Assembly: GCA_900617105.1 (NCBI GenBank)
Contig: UYFQ01000056.1
Span: 234,908-254,907, forward strand
Reading direction: 5' to 3'
Origin: Hydrurus foetidus
Taxonomy: Eukaryota
Length of the DNA stretch: 20,000 nucleotides
Below are positions 1-8,676 of the stretch, in pieces. Under the pieces are notes generated by a model. It worked only from the letters and a program-made list of their open reading frames with translations. It ran no database searches and was not told the origin of the DNA. A program made the translations under genes and the position numbers. Within the stretch, counting starts at the first letter, position 1. Each line of letters opens with the position of its first letter.

Positions 1-541
1 TTAAATGAGTGTGTACATGGTGTATTTTACTTGATCTATGTCGACAGAATGAATAATTGAAATGAAATGAATTTTACTTCATTGAACGCTAATAAATTGA
101 AATAAAAACATATCGAAAAAGCTGCAACTGCTGCACCTAACAAAATTGTGACTACAGTCTGAATCGAGACAACTAGTTCACTTCAATGACACCGTGGTGA
201 GTGTGCTTGAGAACATTTGATGACTGCCTAATCAACATTATCATTTTCATCACCACCACTTATGTCAGTCGACATGTAGCGAGCCACAGCGGTTTGTAAA
301 AAAACTGTTAGCTGACATGTTTGAAAACAATTGCCACATCACAACGGGTGGTGGAAATGGTGTGTGTGATTTAGCAAACAAACAGACAGCGATTGTGTGT
401 TGTACACTATAGAAGCAAAATATGCTTACTTTAATATACGAGTTCAAGGTCAAAACAGTGCTTCTCACAGTGATTACATTGCATCATCAATCCAGTGATG
501 AGGTCAATTTTTTTCTACTATTAAAGTTAGGTATTTCTTAC

Positions 542-1753
542 CTTGGTATTACTCCACCTCCTAAAATTGATGCAATATTGGGATGGTTCAGACGCGCCAA
601 AAGCTCGCTTTCCACGTCAAATTCGTGAATTGCGATAGCGTGATTTGCTTTTTGTTCGCTCAGAATCTATGGAGTAATGCGATGCGTACAATAAGAATTA
701 AATGGTAGTTTGCATCATAATGGAGGTTTCGTAATCTTATGTTTCGCAGATAGGCGTGAACATATTCCATCGTAATATGTCATCGTAAGGTCCAAAGTAC
801 ACAAAATGAATGCATTTAGTACACTATACAATGTTGACAAATTATTGGCACCTCAACGAAGAAAAACAAAACACCTTCATGAATTAAATTTATGGGTCAG
901 TCGGATAATACACGAAAGATAGAAAGATGTACGTACGTACCTTCACGATGACAGACTGATTCTGCCATGTAGCGCTGTATATCTGAGAGTGGCTACCGCC
1001 AGTGACATACTCCAAATTAAGCATTTCGTTTAAATCAACTCTTCTGTTTATATTGCGTAGAAGACGTAGGTCAATTATATTGAAGTCGAAAGTTTTCTCA
1101 GTTCTTTGAGACTTCACAGCCCTTGTGCGCGTAGCGCCTGTGATGGAGGTCAGCGCACTGCCTATTGTAATATTGCTGCTCATCGGTCCTACAGATGACG
1201 TGATGCTCCCTCCGCCTCTGCTCTGATCGCCACTCCCTGGCTGATCGTCAAGAACACTCGAAGCCTCAGTGTACACTGAGCTATCCGGTTTGGAAGGGGA
1301 CATTCTGTGGTCCTCATTTATGGCCACACTAGAGAACTCTCTTGCATAGTTGACAGCCCTTGCTTCATTTATATCGCTCCTTGTGTACGATGGTCTACGA
1401 TTGTACGAAGTTCCAGGAGAAAAGGTGGGACTCTTGGAGGAGCAAGTGCTGTTGGAATCTACGTTATATCGGACATCACCACTGCTGTCTCTATTGAATC
1501 TCGAAGGTATGAACACATCACTACCACAACTCGTAGCGCAAGTGTTGAAGTCTTCCGTACTGCGTCTTCGACCTTCATAGACATCGACAGGACCGCGAAT
1601 CAGCTTCGAAAACTTCGTGGAGGTCTGTCTGACGGCGTAAGCGTCAGATTCAGACCCGCTAGCTGCTGATGATTCATGTAAAGCGCAGAGAACTTGACAA
1701 ATATGCGAATCTTCGTTCTTAAAGCGATGTTTGTCATCCAGAACTTCCAGAAC
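542..1753 (-). CDS. Protein kinase (TKL-like), partial: exon ~1753-941, intron 940-667, exon 666-542, intron from 541; rest not in window
   Basis: A Ser-rich N-terminal region leads to LEYVTGGSHSQIYSATWQNQSVIVK (Gly loop plus VAIK-like Lys). GTACGT...CCATAG intron. The next exon reads in frame ILSEQKANHAIAIHEFDVESELLARLNHPNIASILGGGVIPR (alphaC Glu, HPNI) and ends at a GTAAG donor. No third exon found in 1-541. The 5' boundary is approximate. Confidence 0.9.
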
Positions 1754-3082
1754 GTCCACACAATTTTGTCTGATGTATGGAATCATCTCTCTACGCTTAA
1801 AATTACACTTTGCATAGTTTTTACCAGTTAACTCCAACCCGTCTTTGGTTACTTTCTCGATATCCAGGTGCTTATTCTATTTTGATAGACTTGTGATTAT
1901 TCTATTTTGAACGTCAACACTATCGCTCCACATACCAGTGGTGTCGTCAAATACGTATAGTGTATTATTGCAACACTTCCAGTGAGGGTAATGCTTGAGG
2001 ACAACATCGGCCGCACCCGAATCATCACTATCCAATACACCGGTTATTGTTTCCTTAGCCACATCAGCTGATGGCATTGTAATCAAATTATCATCGAGGA
2101 TGGACTCATATCCTTGGTTCATATCTTTCTGTGTGAACGTCAGCTTAAAGCCGATAATATCGCGCACAATAGTTGCGAATTTGTCGAGAAGATCAGGTTT
2201 GTAGAACCTTCTCTCAATCATCATGCCATCAGCGCAGAGAACACACACTTTCTTTTTGATGAGGTTATTGTCTGAGCAATAGATGAACAATTGTTCAAGA
2301 ACTCTAATCTCGTACTCTTGTAGTACAAACGAGCACACTGTAGCTTTCAAATTGTATTGATACATTCCCTTTTCTAGTTTTATATCGGTGACAATCCTGC
2401 ATAGGTCGGGGTTCTTCTCGGCAATAAGCCTGTGAATAGGAGCTATGGATTTGCGGAACTGCTCTAAAGACTCCAACTCCACGATATATCCAGATACAAC
2501 ACTGGAGTCACATTGTGACACATCTAAATCCTCTGCCCAATTGTCGAAGCCGCCACCATACAGGTAGATGATGAATAGTCGTTTAATCTCATCATTACTG
2601 CATCCATATGCCTTGGTTCCCTTGTCGAAGTACACTTGGCGGTTATTCACATAATCTGATAATTCCGGGCAGTCATAATTCTCGGCGTGACACAATTGAA
2701 GCAACATCTCGGGGTGGCAGTTTTTGACGTCAAGATCCACCATCTCGCCACTTGCCAAAGTATGGCGGATCTCGCGCCGTATTGGGAATAATCCAAGGGC
2801 CTTCTCGGGATTGCTTCTTCCATATGGATTGTTCTCATTGCGTTTGTAAGTTACGGGCACCAATCCGTTTTTTTTCATTTTGGCAAGATATGCAGTCAAT
2901 TGCGTCTTTTCATTCGCATAGATTCTGGACATTGAGTTATTGAAAGTGGTCTTGAGTAGTGACGAGTTCGTCAGTTTCACCAGCATAGATCTGTCGATCT
3001 TTTCGTGGAGTGTAATTCCATGAAGGACATTCTTCTTTGGGGAGACGGCGAAAGAGAGTTTGGGAGAGTTGGTCGAGTTCAT
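1754..3082 (-). pseudogene. TVpol (PolA-family primase-polymerase) fused to D5_N domain; premature TAG at 1877-1879 and truncated before the SF3 helicase
   Basis: PolA/TVpol-like motifs YGR..LFPIRREIR, motif A DLDVKNCHP, motif B KRLFIIYLYGGG, LQEYE and motif C LCADGMMI. D5_N-like AADVVLKHYPHWKCCNNTLYVFDDTTGMWS follows. The frame continues past the TAG (NKHLDIEKVTKDGLELTGKNY...QNCVD). Intronless, no Walker A seen. Confidence 0.8.
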
Positions 3083-3136
3083 CTTATTATATACTATAGT
3101 AAGATAATCTTTTTAAGTTCTTTTCTCTTCAATTTT
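3083..3136 (-). promoter_or_regulatory. Viral-type promoter of the TVpol gene with AAAATTGA (3129-3136)
   Basis: Minus strand reads cAAAATTGAagagaaaagaacttaaaaagattatcttactatagtatataataagATG. Same layout as upstream of the 3129-3455 ORF. Confidence 0.7.
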
Positions 3137-3455
3137 GTTGAGATCGACTGTTTTTCCTAAATAACTTGGGGGGATCGTTTGTATACGCCCGGACTGGTTT
3201 TGGATTCTCCTTCTTGTTTTCCAAAGCCCGCTTTTTCATCGATGAGAGCATAGAGGCTCGATGTTTGGCCATAAATTCAACATCAGTCTTCTTTCTCTCG
3301 AAATATGCCCAATTTGCCACAAGTATCGCTTCTTTATTCTTAGCGCGGTATGTTGCAGCATATTCTCGTAACATCATTTTTCTGTGAGCTAATTTTGCGT
3401 CAATCGCCGCTTGGATTTCAATTTGTGGGTCTGTGCTTACTACTTCATTCATCAT
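3129..3455 (-). CDS. Small basic hypothetical protein (108 aa) of the viral element
   Basis: Open ORF with its own copy of the promoter motif. Basic helical pattern YRAKNKEAIL...YFERKKTDVEFMAKHR resembles small proteins of large DNA viruses and PLVs. Confidence 0.7.
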   Translation of the reverse strand: MMNEVVSTDPQIEIQAAIDAKLAHRKMMLREYAATYRAKNKEAILVANWAYFERKKTDVEFMAKHRASMLSSMKKRALENKKENPKPVRAYTNDPPKLFRKNSRSQQN

Positions 3456-3501
3456 ATCTTATTATATAGTTAGATATTATGACTTAAAGTCCTTCAATTT
3501 T
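3456..3501 (-). promoter_or_regulatory. Viral-type promoter with AAAATTGA (3494-3501)
   Basis: Minus strand reads cAAAATTGAaggactttaagtcataatatctaactatataataagatATG. Shares caaaattgaag, actt, tatct and tatataataagat with the TVpol upstream region. Confidence 0.7.
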
Positions 3502-3542
3502 GTCCTAACCTCTCAATAACCGATTATATTCAGCCTGGATGT

Positions 3543-3758
3543 TTACGCTGTGTCCCATCCTGTAGTCTCAAGAGTGCTTTTGGTTGGCGCGATGGAGAAT
3601 GGTACAAGGGGGATAATGCGATCAGAGAGGATCTACTGCCCAGCAACCCCAAATTTTGTGAAGCAGAGTTGTTTGAAAGCTTGCGAGAAGGCAGCCCAGT
3701 TGTCTGCGGGGAGGTCAAGGACGAGGTCTGTTTGTTGGGGTGAGGATGCTGAGAGCAT
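3543..3758 (-). pseudogene. Coding remnant, possibly the N-terminus of a Ty1/Copia gag
   Basis: Reads MLSASSPQQTDLVLDLPADNWAAFSQAFKQLCFTKFGVAGQ*ILSDRIIPLVPF with one internal TAG. NW..F...F...C..KFG..G resembles Copia gag starts. Weak call. Confidence 0.3.
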
Positions 3759-3992
3759 GGTAGTGATACTACTTTAAGCAATTGTCAAGGAATTCGACCC
3801 AAAGTCTAGAAGACAAAAGGAGGAAACAGAATTGCTTAAAGGTTACAACTTGTAGATTATGTGAACGGTGGCGAAGAAGCGAGTCCGGATGATAGTGCGA
3901 AGGGATACGACTGAAAGATGTGCATGAATTGGGGGATAAACCTTTATGGTGGTTCCACCTCTATATAAGAGATGACATATAATACGGAGCTA

Positions 3993-4026
3993 GGACTGCA
4001 GGGATATGACCGTATTCCTGCAGTCC
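3993..4026. other. 16-bp stem-loop, candidate terminus/origin of the Helitron-like element
   Basis: GGACTGCAGGGATATG-ac-CGTATTCCTGCAGTCC: 14 Watson-Crick pairs and 2 G.T pairs. Confidence 0.8.
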
Positions 4027-4039
4027 CAGAATGGTTTTA

Positions 4040-4165
4040 GGGGGTCTAATTTTTAAGGGGGTCCCGACTATCCGGGGGGTCTAATGTGGTTTCGACGATT
4101 GAGGGGGTCTAAGTGGTCCGTCGATTGGGGGGTCTATTGAGTTTGGGTGATATGGGGGGTCTAAT
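4040..4165 (+). repeat. Six direct copies of G5-6TC(TAA)
   Basis: Copies start at 4040, 4057, 4074, 4103, 4127 and 4154, with 17-29 bp spacing and partly duplicated spacers. Confidence 0.9.
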
Positions 4166-4348
4166 GGAGTCTGGGTGAATCGCATTATGTAATTTGTCGC
4201 ACGACGCAACCCTCTCTCACTTTGTCTTCTCGGTTATTGTGTTGAACTGAAGCTAGCTTTAATTCAGTGTCGACGTATTAATGACGTGTTACTCTATGAG
4301 CTCGTACCGAAGCATTTTTTGGCTGACTAGTCTTGTACACACCGTGTT

Positions 4349-5941
4349 ATGGAGCGTTGTAGTATTTTGAGTGATGCCCGAGTTGTTCCGCAGAGAGGTG
4401 ACAACAGTTGCCTTTTTCATTCGCTAAGTTTTTGTTTAAGTTATGATGGCATAGTGCCCAGTATTCACGATGATATGTCCGGTTTTCGCTTGCGGGAGCA
4501 GATTTGTAGTTACATCCGCGATAACGAAGATGTGGTTATCAGTATTTCACCGGATGAGCAACGGACATTATCTGAGGCTGTTGGAATGGACGGGTACACG
4601 TGTAGCAGTTACTGCGCCAAAATGCTGGATCGCATGGAGTGGGGATCTGTCATTGAGATTTCTACCGCTGCGGAAATGTTTTTAATTGGCATTCGCATTT
4701 ATGTGCCTGTTCCGGGGAAGCGTTATTTTACGTTGCTGGGAACTTACAGGTGTATTGGGTTTGATTCGAACACTAGTGAGATCTATCTTTTGTACACTGG
4801 TTTCAACCATTACGACGCTTTAGTTGATTGGTCATCTGGGGGCAATTATGTGGGTCTGTGCAGCGTTGACAGCTCCTCATCTTATCTTGGTCGTCAAATA
4901 CATGAGTACAATACATCTATATCTCTCGCGCATCGAAGGCGGCTCTTACGTAAACGTGTGTCGAGTGTTAATTTGGAATGTCTTGGCGAAATGGTATTGT
5001 CATCTAAATCTACTCAGTACATGTCATGGCGGACGCCTACCTTTTCTGGATTGTCTGATGAAGCGAAGCGGACAAACAGAAGGCTTCGTATCTACAAGGA
5101 GAAGTTTTACAAATCCTTTTAGCCGGTCATCTTGTGCAATTGATGCGTCACTTTATGCGAAGAATTATGATTTATTGACAAGGTTTATTGTCTGTGGGAT
5201 CTGTGGCCTGGAAGGTCCTGGTATTGGGGCTAAGCTTATCTCTGATATGCAGCATATTATCGATGCGTCAGGGTTGACGGCAAAGTTCAAACTTTTGACA
5301 ACGGTCCATCATATATGTCAACGTATGACTGTATGTTTGTTGATGATCTTTTGAGGGTTTTTGAAGATGGTATTATTATCGGTTGTACATACTTGTGTAG
5401 TAGTTGCTGTGATCAGCTTAAAGGCAAAAAAAAGTGTGGAGTCATTTCTGACTCGGCACCAGGTTGCGCGGACGACGCCATCCCTGATATTAAAGGTTCC
5501 GATCACACTATGGAGCAATACGAGATGATGTACGAGGGTGAAGAATGCAAGTTATCTCCTATATGTAGTGAAGTTGTTGCTCCATCTAGCTGTAGTCAAG
5601 GGTCTGCAGTTCGAAGTTATTGTGTTCCTAAACTTGCTTTATTTAATGGGTTATTTGCCGGAACCATACCAGTTGAGTTGATTGGTTTAACCCGCGTCGA
5701 AGAAAGCATGATAAATATCTATTCTTCTGTGACGAAAATGTTTATGGCGGGTGGAAAGCACTACAAAGTTAAAGGTGGAACCAGCTACACTATCATTAAT
5801 GATTTGACTAGTGTAGCGAAGCACTTACCACGCATGCCGTCCATTGAGGATACAGCTGTTATGCGTCACAAAAAAACTGATGTTGGAAAGGAGTACAAAT
5901 ATCGACCGTTTAGGGTCTATTTGGCTTTAAATTGGTTGAAG
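4349..5941 (+). pseudogene. 5' part of a Helitron2/Helentron-type RepHel-like gene: OTU cysteine protease, CxxC pairs, DUF6570-like domain; two frameshifts; Rep and helicase absent
   Basis: OTU motifs RGDNSCLFHSLS, WGSVIEI and YTGFNHYD. After shifts near 5105 and 5310 come VCGICG and LCSSCCDQL, then VPKLALFNGLFAGTIPVELIGLTRVEESMI...RPFRVYLALNWLK, matching the DUF6570 pattern of Helitron-like proteins. Ends at AAG|GTAATT (donor at 5942). Confidence 0.75.
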
Positions 5942-6357
5942 GTAATTGTGTCACGATTCCTTCCCTGAAGTCTCCATGGGCTCGCGGATTGGACTATGTC
6001 GCTAATTCCAGGGCAACAGAATTATCAAAACTATTTCTAATTAGACCATTAAAAGAGCAGCATTTTACAAGTCATGCAAAAGAGCGGGAGATAATCGACC
6101 AAGAATATTTTCGCCTGAGTCGTTTGTTTCGATTGTAATTGGGAATTGTATTCAATAGAGTTTTGCTGAGAATTTATATGAAGTTACATTCAAAATTTTA
6201 AAATGAATCCAAAGTTTCAGTAAAAAAATATATTTGTATTTTTTTACTTCCATTCAGCAACGGGGCATCCGGAAACCATTGATAAGTTCCTACGGACCCA
6301 ACAGAAGTTGATATAGAAAAAAATGAGGTTACCCCCTGAGAAAAATCTATATTTAAA

Positions 6358-7503
6358 TTATTTGTTTATGATATAAAGATCCATCAGATAACATCGGTTC
6401 ATCCAGCGCATTCGTGTGGCTAAATTTTGAATTGAGAAAAAAATTTCACCTCCGGTGCATCCGTTGTCATATATTGTGCCCTGCAAATATTCATCTAAAT
6501 CTACGCCTATGGCATGATCATTAAGCATTGGTTTACCCTTAATCCATGTATCAATCTTGTCTGTGTCTAATGATCTCGTAGATATAGATGTAAGAAGGCG
6601 TTTGTGCGTATCATTATTTCTCCGCGATGCTCCAAAAAATACATATTTTCCCTTTCTGCTCAGATTTGTCTCGAGACGTGTCATGTCCCAGGTTCCGTTG
6701 AAACCTAATTGTTTGAAACTGTACCTAACTATTAATCCTGTGGATCTATAATGCATGTCTGAAACATGTCTTAAGAATAAATGCGCGTCTGTCAAAGTAG
6801 TTCCACGTACGAAATTTTTGGCCTGTTCGTTGACTGCAGCTTTAAAAACTTCTCTTACATCCATCGTTCCATTCATCTGGTGTTAAAGTAGCATATTGTT
6901 ATAAACTTTAAATTGCAGAAATGAATACAGTTACAGAGCTTACCGTTGCTAATTTTTGTTGCTCCTTATTCATGAGCCCAAACATGGCGCTAAGCATGCA
7001 CAAATTTTCCGATGGCTTCCATGATGTAGTGCTCTTTTCGACAAGCTCTTGAGATTGAGTGGCCGTCTCTGCTGCAAATGTAATGATTAATGTAGCTGGA
7101 TTGGTCAGCATTTCAGACGGCTAGATTCATGTGCCATGTTAGTTTATCTACAGTTGTGGCAAAGCATAAGGTCGATCCTAATCTTTGTACCTTCATGACA
7201 TGTGTTGGTTTGATTTTTATGGCTTGGCTTCTTTGATATTTTACAGGCCGAATCTTTTTTAGCCTTAACCGTTATAGGTGGCGCCTTCAGCAACTTTGCC
7301 TGCTAACGGAGATCTGCAGCTTTCGACGGCGGCGCTCCTAATAACTTTGCCAGCTTGTGAGTGTTTGAAGCTTTTACCGGTGGCGATTTTAGTAACTTCG
7401 CCTGCTTGTGAGTGCTTGTAGCTATAAGCGATGGCGCCAGCATTGATTGTGTCAGCTTCTGCGGTCTTGGAGCGATTAATGGTGTCGCTAACACAGCCGG
7501 TTC
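6358..7503 (-). pseudogene. 3' portion of a spliced gene split by the Gypsy element; C-terminal domain has a papain-like Cys/His/Asp pattern
   Basis: Putative introns 7190-7121 (GTAC..CTAG) and 6943-6877 (GTAAGC..CCAG). Spliced text: NLCMLSAMFGLMNKEQQKLAT|MNGTMDV...GTTLTD...DHAIGV...IYDNG. In-frame stops (TAG 7303-7305, TGA near 7113) and a probable 1-nt shift near 7005. Confidence 0.55.
7277..7418 (-). repeat. About three 51-bp (17-aa) coding tandem repeats
   Basis: Units start at 7277, 7328 and 7379 on the plus strand. They encode HKQAKLLKSPP / HKLAKLLGAPP / R*QAKLLKAPP. Confidence 0.85.
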
Positions 7504-7721
7504 TGTAGCCATATGCCATTTAGTATGGCATTATGAGCTTCTAGGACTATCGGTCTACAGATCGGTCTACAGGGTCGTAGGCTTCCAGCCTCACCCTTAC
7601 AACGTGTACTCTGCTATCATCTAGCTAGTCCACGTAGAAGTTACCCTAGCTACGGCTTTCCCCTGTAACTAAGACTTCAGCTCCTCTCCTTTCCTTTCTC
7701 TCTTTTGCCATTCGGACTACA
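7504..7721 (+). repeat. 5' LTR
   Basis: TGTAG...CTACA termini; nearly identical to 14495-14713. Confidence 0.95.
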
Positions 7722-8292
7722 ATAGATCTATTCCGTCCACTCTTCTTTAGCTAATACCTCCGACTTTTACCTCTCCTTCCCGATACGCCACCTCCAGATC
7801 CCAGCCTCTGTCAACAGAGACGCGGACTCGAGTGAGCCTTCGTGGATTAGTCTTATCGTTACTTTAAATCCATCTCAGCGATTAAGTTCGTCTGCAGACG
7901 ATTTCTTTGGGGATTTTCATCGAGACCAGTTTCGTCGGTTTGACTACCACAACTTGGAGCCTCGAAGCTTTCGAGCTTGTGCACTTTCTAGTTAACTCTA
8001 GATCGTTTTGCACGATTGCCAAGGGTTAGTGAGCAACGTTAAATCGTTTTCTCGCCTCAACTGTGCTTGGTTGGCTTTAAATAGCTGTTCTCACCGAGAT
8101 TTTTGACGCGTCGAAAATCTCGACTTCACATCATCTAACTGCTTCGTTTCTGACTGCCTGCTGTTGTTTTCAAGGTTATCTACCTTACAACACAGGGGGG
8201 AAACTCTGGCAAAATTTTTTCCAGAGTTAACTCTCTTCAGAAAAGTTTTGACAGTAATATCTCTTAAACTATATCAAGCTTAATTGCTTGAT

Positions 8293-8649
8293 ATGTCGAG
8301 CGGCTCTTCTAACACTGATCCCGGCTCGGGAATATTGCGAACTCCTGATGGCTTTCAAACAGCATCGGGTAGATTGCGTCAACAGCAATCACGGTCGAGT
8401 AATTCTTCGACAAATCAACGCTCAGGTTCATCACCGATAGCATTTGATAATCGCCGTTCGCAAGGTTCATTACCTGACAATGTACGTCGCCCTCAGTCTT
8501 CGACTGTTCAATTACAACAACCTTTGTTCGTATTGAAAGGGCCGCACATCTCTCCTGAAGAGGCTGTTCTGTTTAAGACACAGGCGATACGTGTCCCTGA
8601 CATCGGATCGTTTACGCCAAGAACAAACGCGGGTCAGTTGCGTCAATAA
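8293..8649 (+). pseudogene. Start of the first internal ORF of the retroelement (gag-like or accessory), disrupted
   Basis: ATG at 8293 after a structured leader; Ser/Gln/Arg-rich. Broken reading frames seem to continue to ~9250. No gag capsid or zinc-knuckle motif recognised. Confidence 0.4.
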
Positions 8650-8676
8650 CGATCGTAGTCCAAAATTATTTCTCTT

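Larger units (their letters stand above)
1754..3510 (-). mobile_element. Fragment of an endogenous Polinton-like virus / virophage / transpoviron-like element
   Basis: Two tightly packed intronless genes, one TVpol-D5_N, share an AT-rich upstream motif. No capsid, packaging ATPase, integrase or TIR is visible. Boundaries approximate. Confidence 0.7.

Noticed and set aside
265..628. ORFs 265-468 (-) and 422-628 (+)
   Set aside because: They lie in the kinase intron or antisense to its exon and have no motifs.
1877..1879. Stop-codon reassignment to explain in-frame TAG codons (also ~3634 and 7303)
   Set aside because: The intact spliced genes and pol have no internal TAG, so mutation or error is simpler.
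1307..2943. Short ORFs overlapping the kinase and TVpol genes
   Set aside because: Antisense or alternate-frame shadows of better-supported genes.
3930..3980. Possible Copia LTR end and primer site on the minus strand
   Set aside because: No second LTR and no convincing primer-site match.
4040..4165. G-rich repeats as a CRISPR array or telomere
   Set aside because: Units are ~10 bp with irregular, partly duplicated spacers and no cas genes. They are not a contiguous telomeric repeat.
7499..7503. 5-bp target duplication GGTTC
   Set aside because: The right flank gives only GTTC after ...ctacgca. A 5-bp duplication would need a base-call error there, which cannot be excluded.
7265..7624. ORFs starting in or crossing the 5' LTR
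   Set aside because: Their starts or ends are created by the insertion junction.
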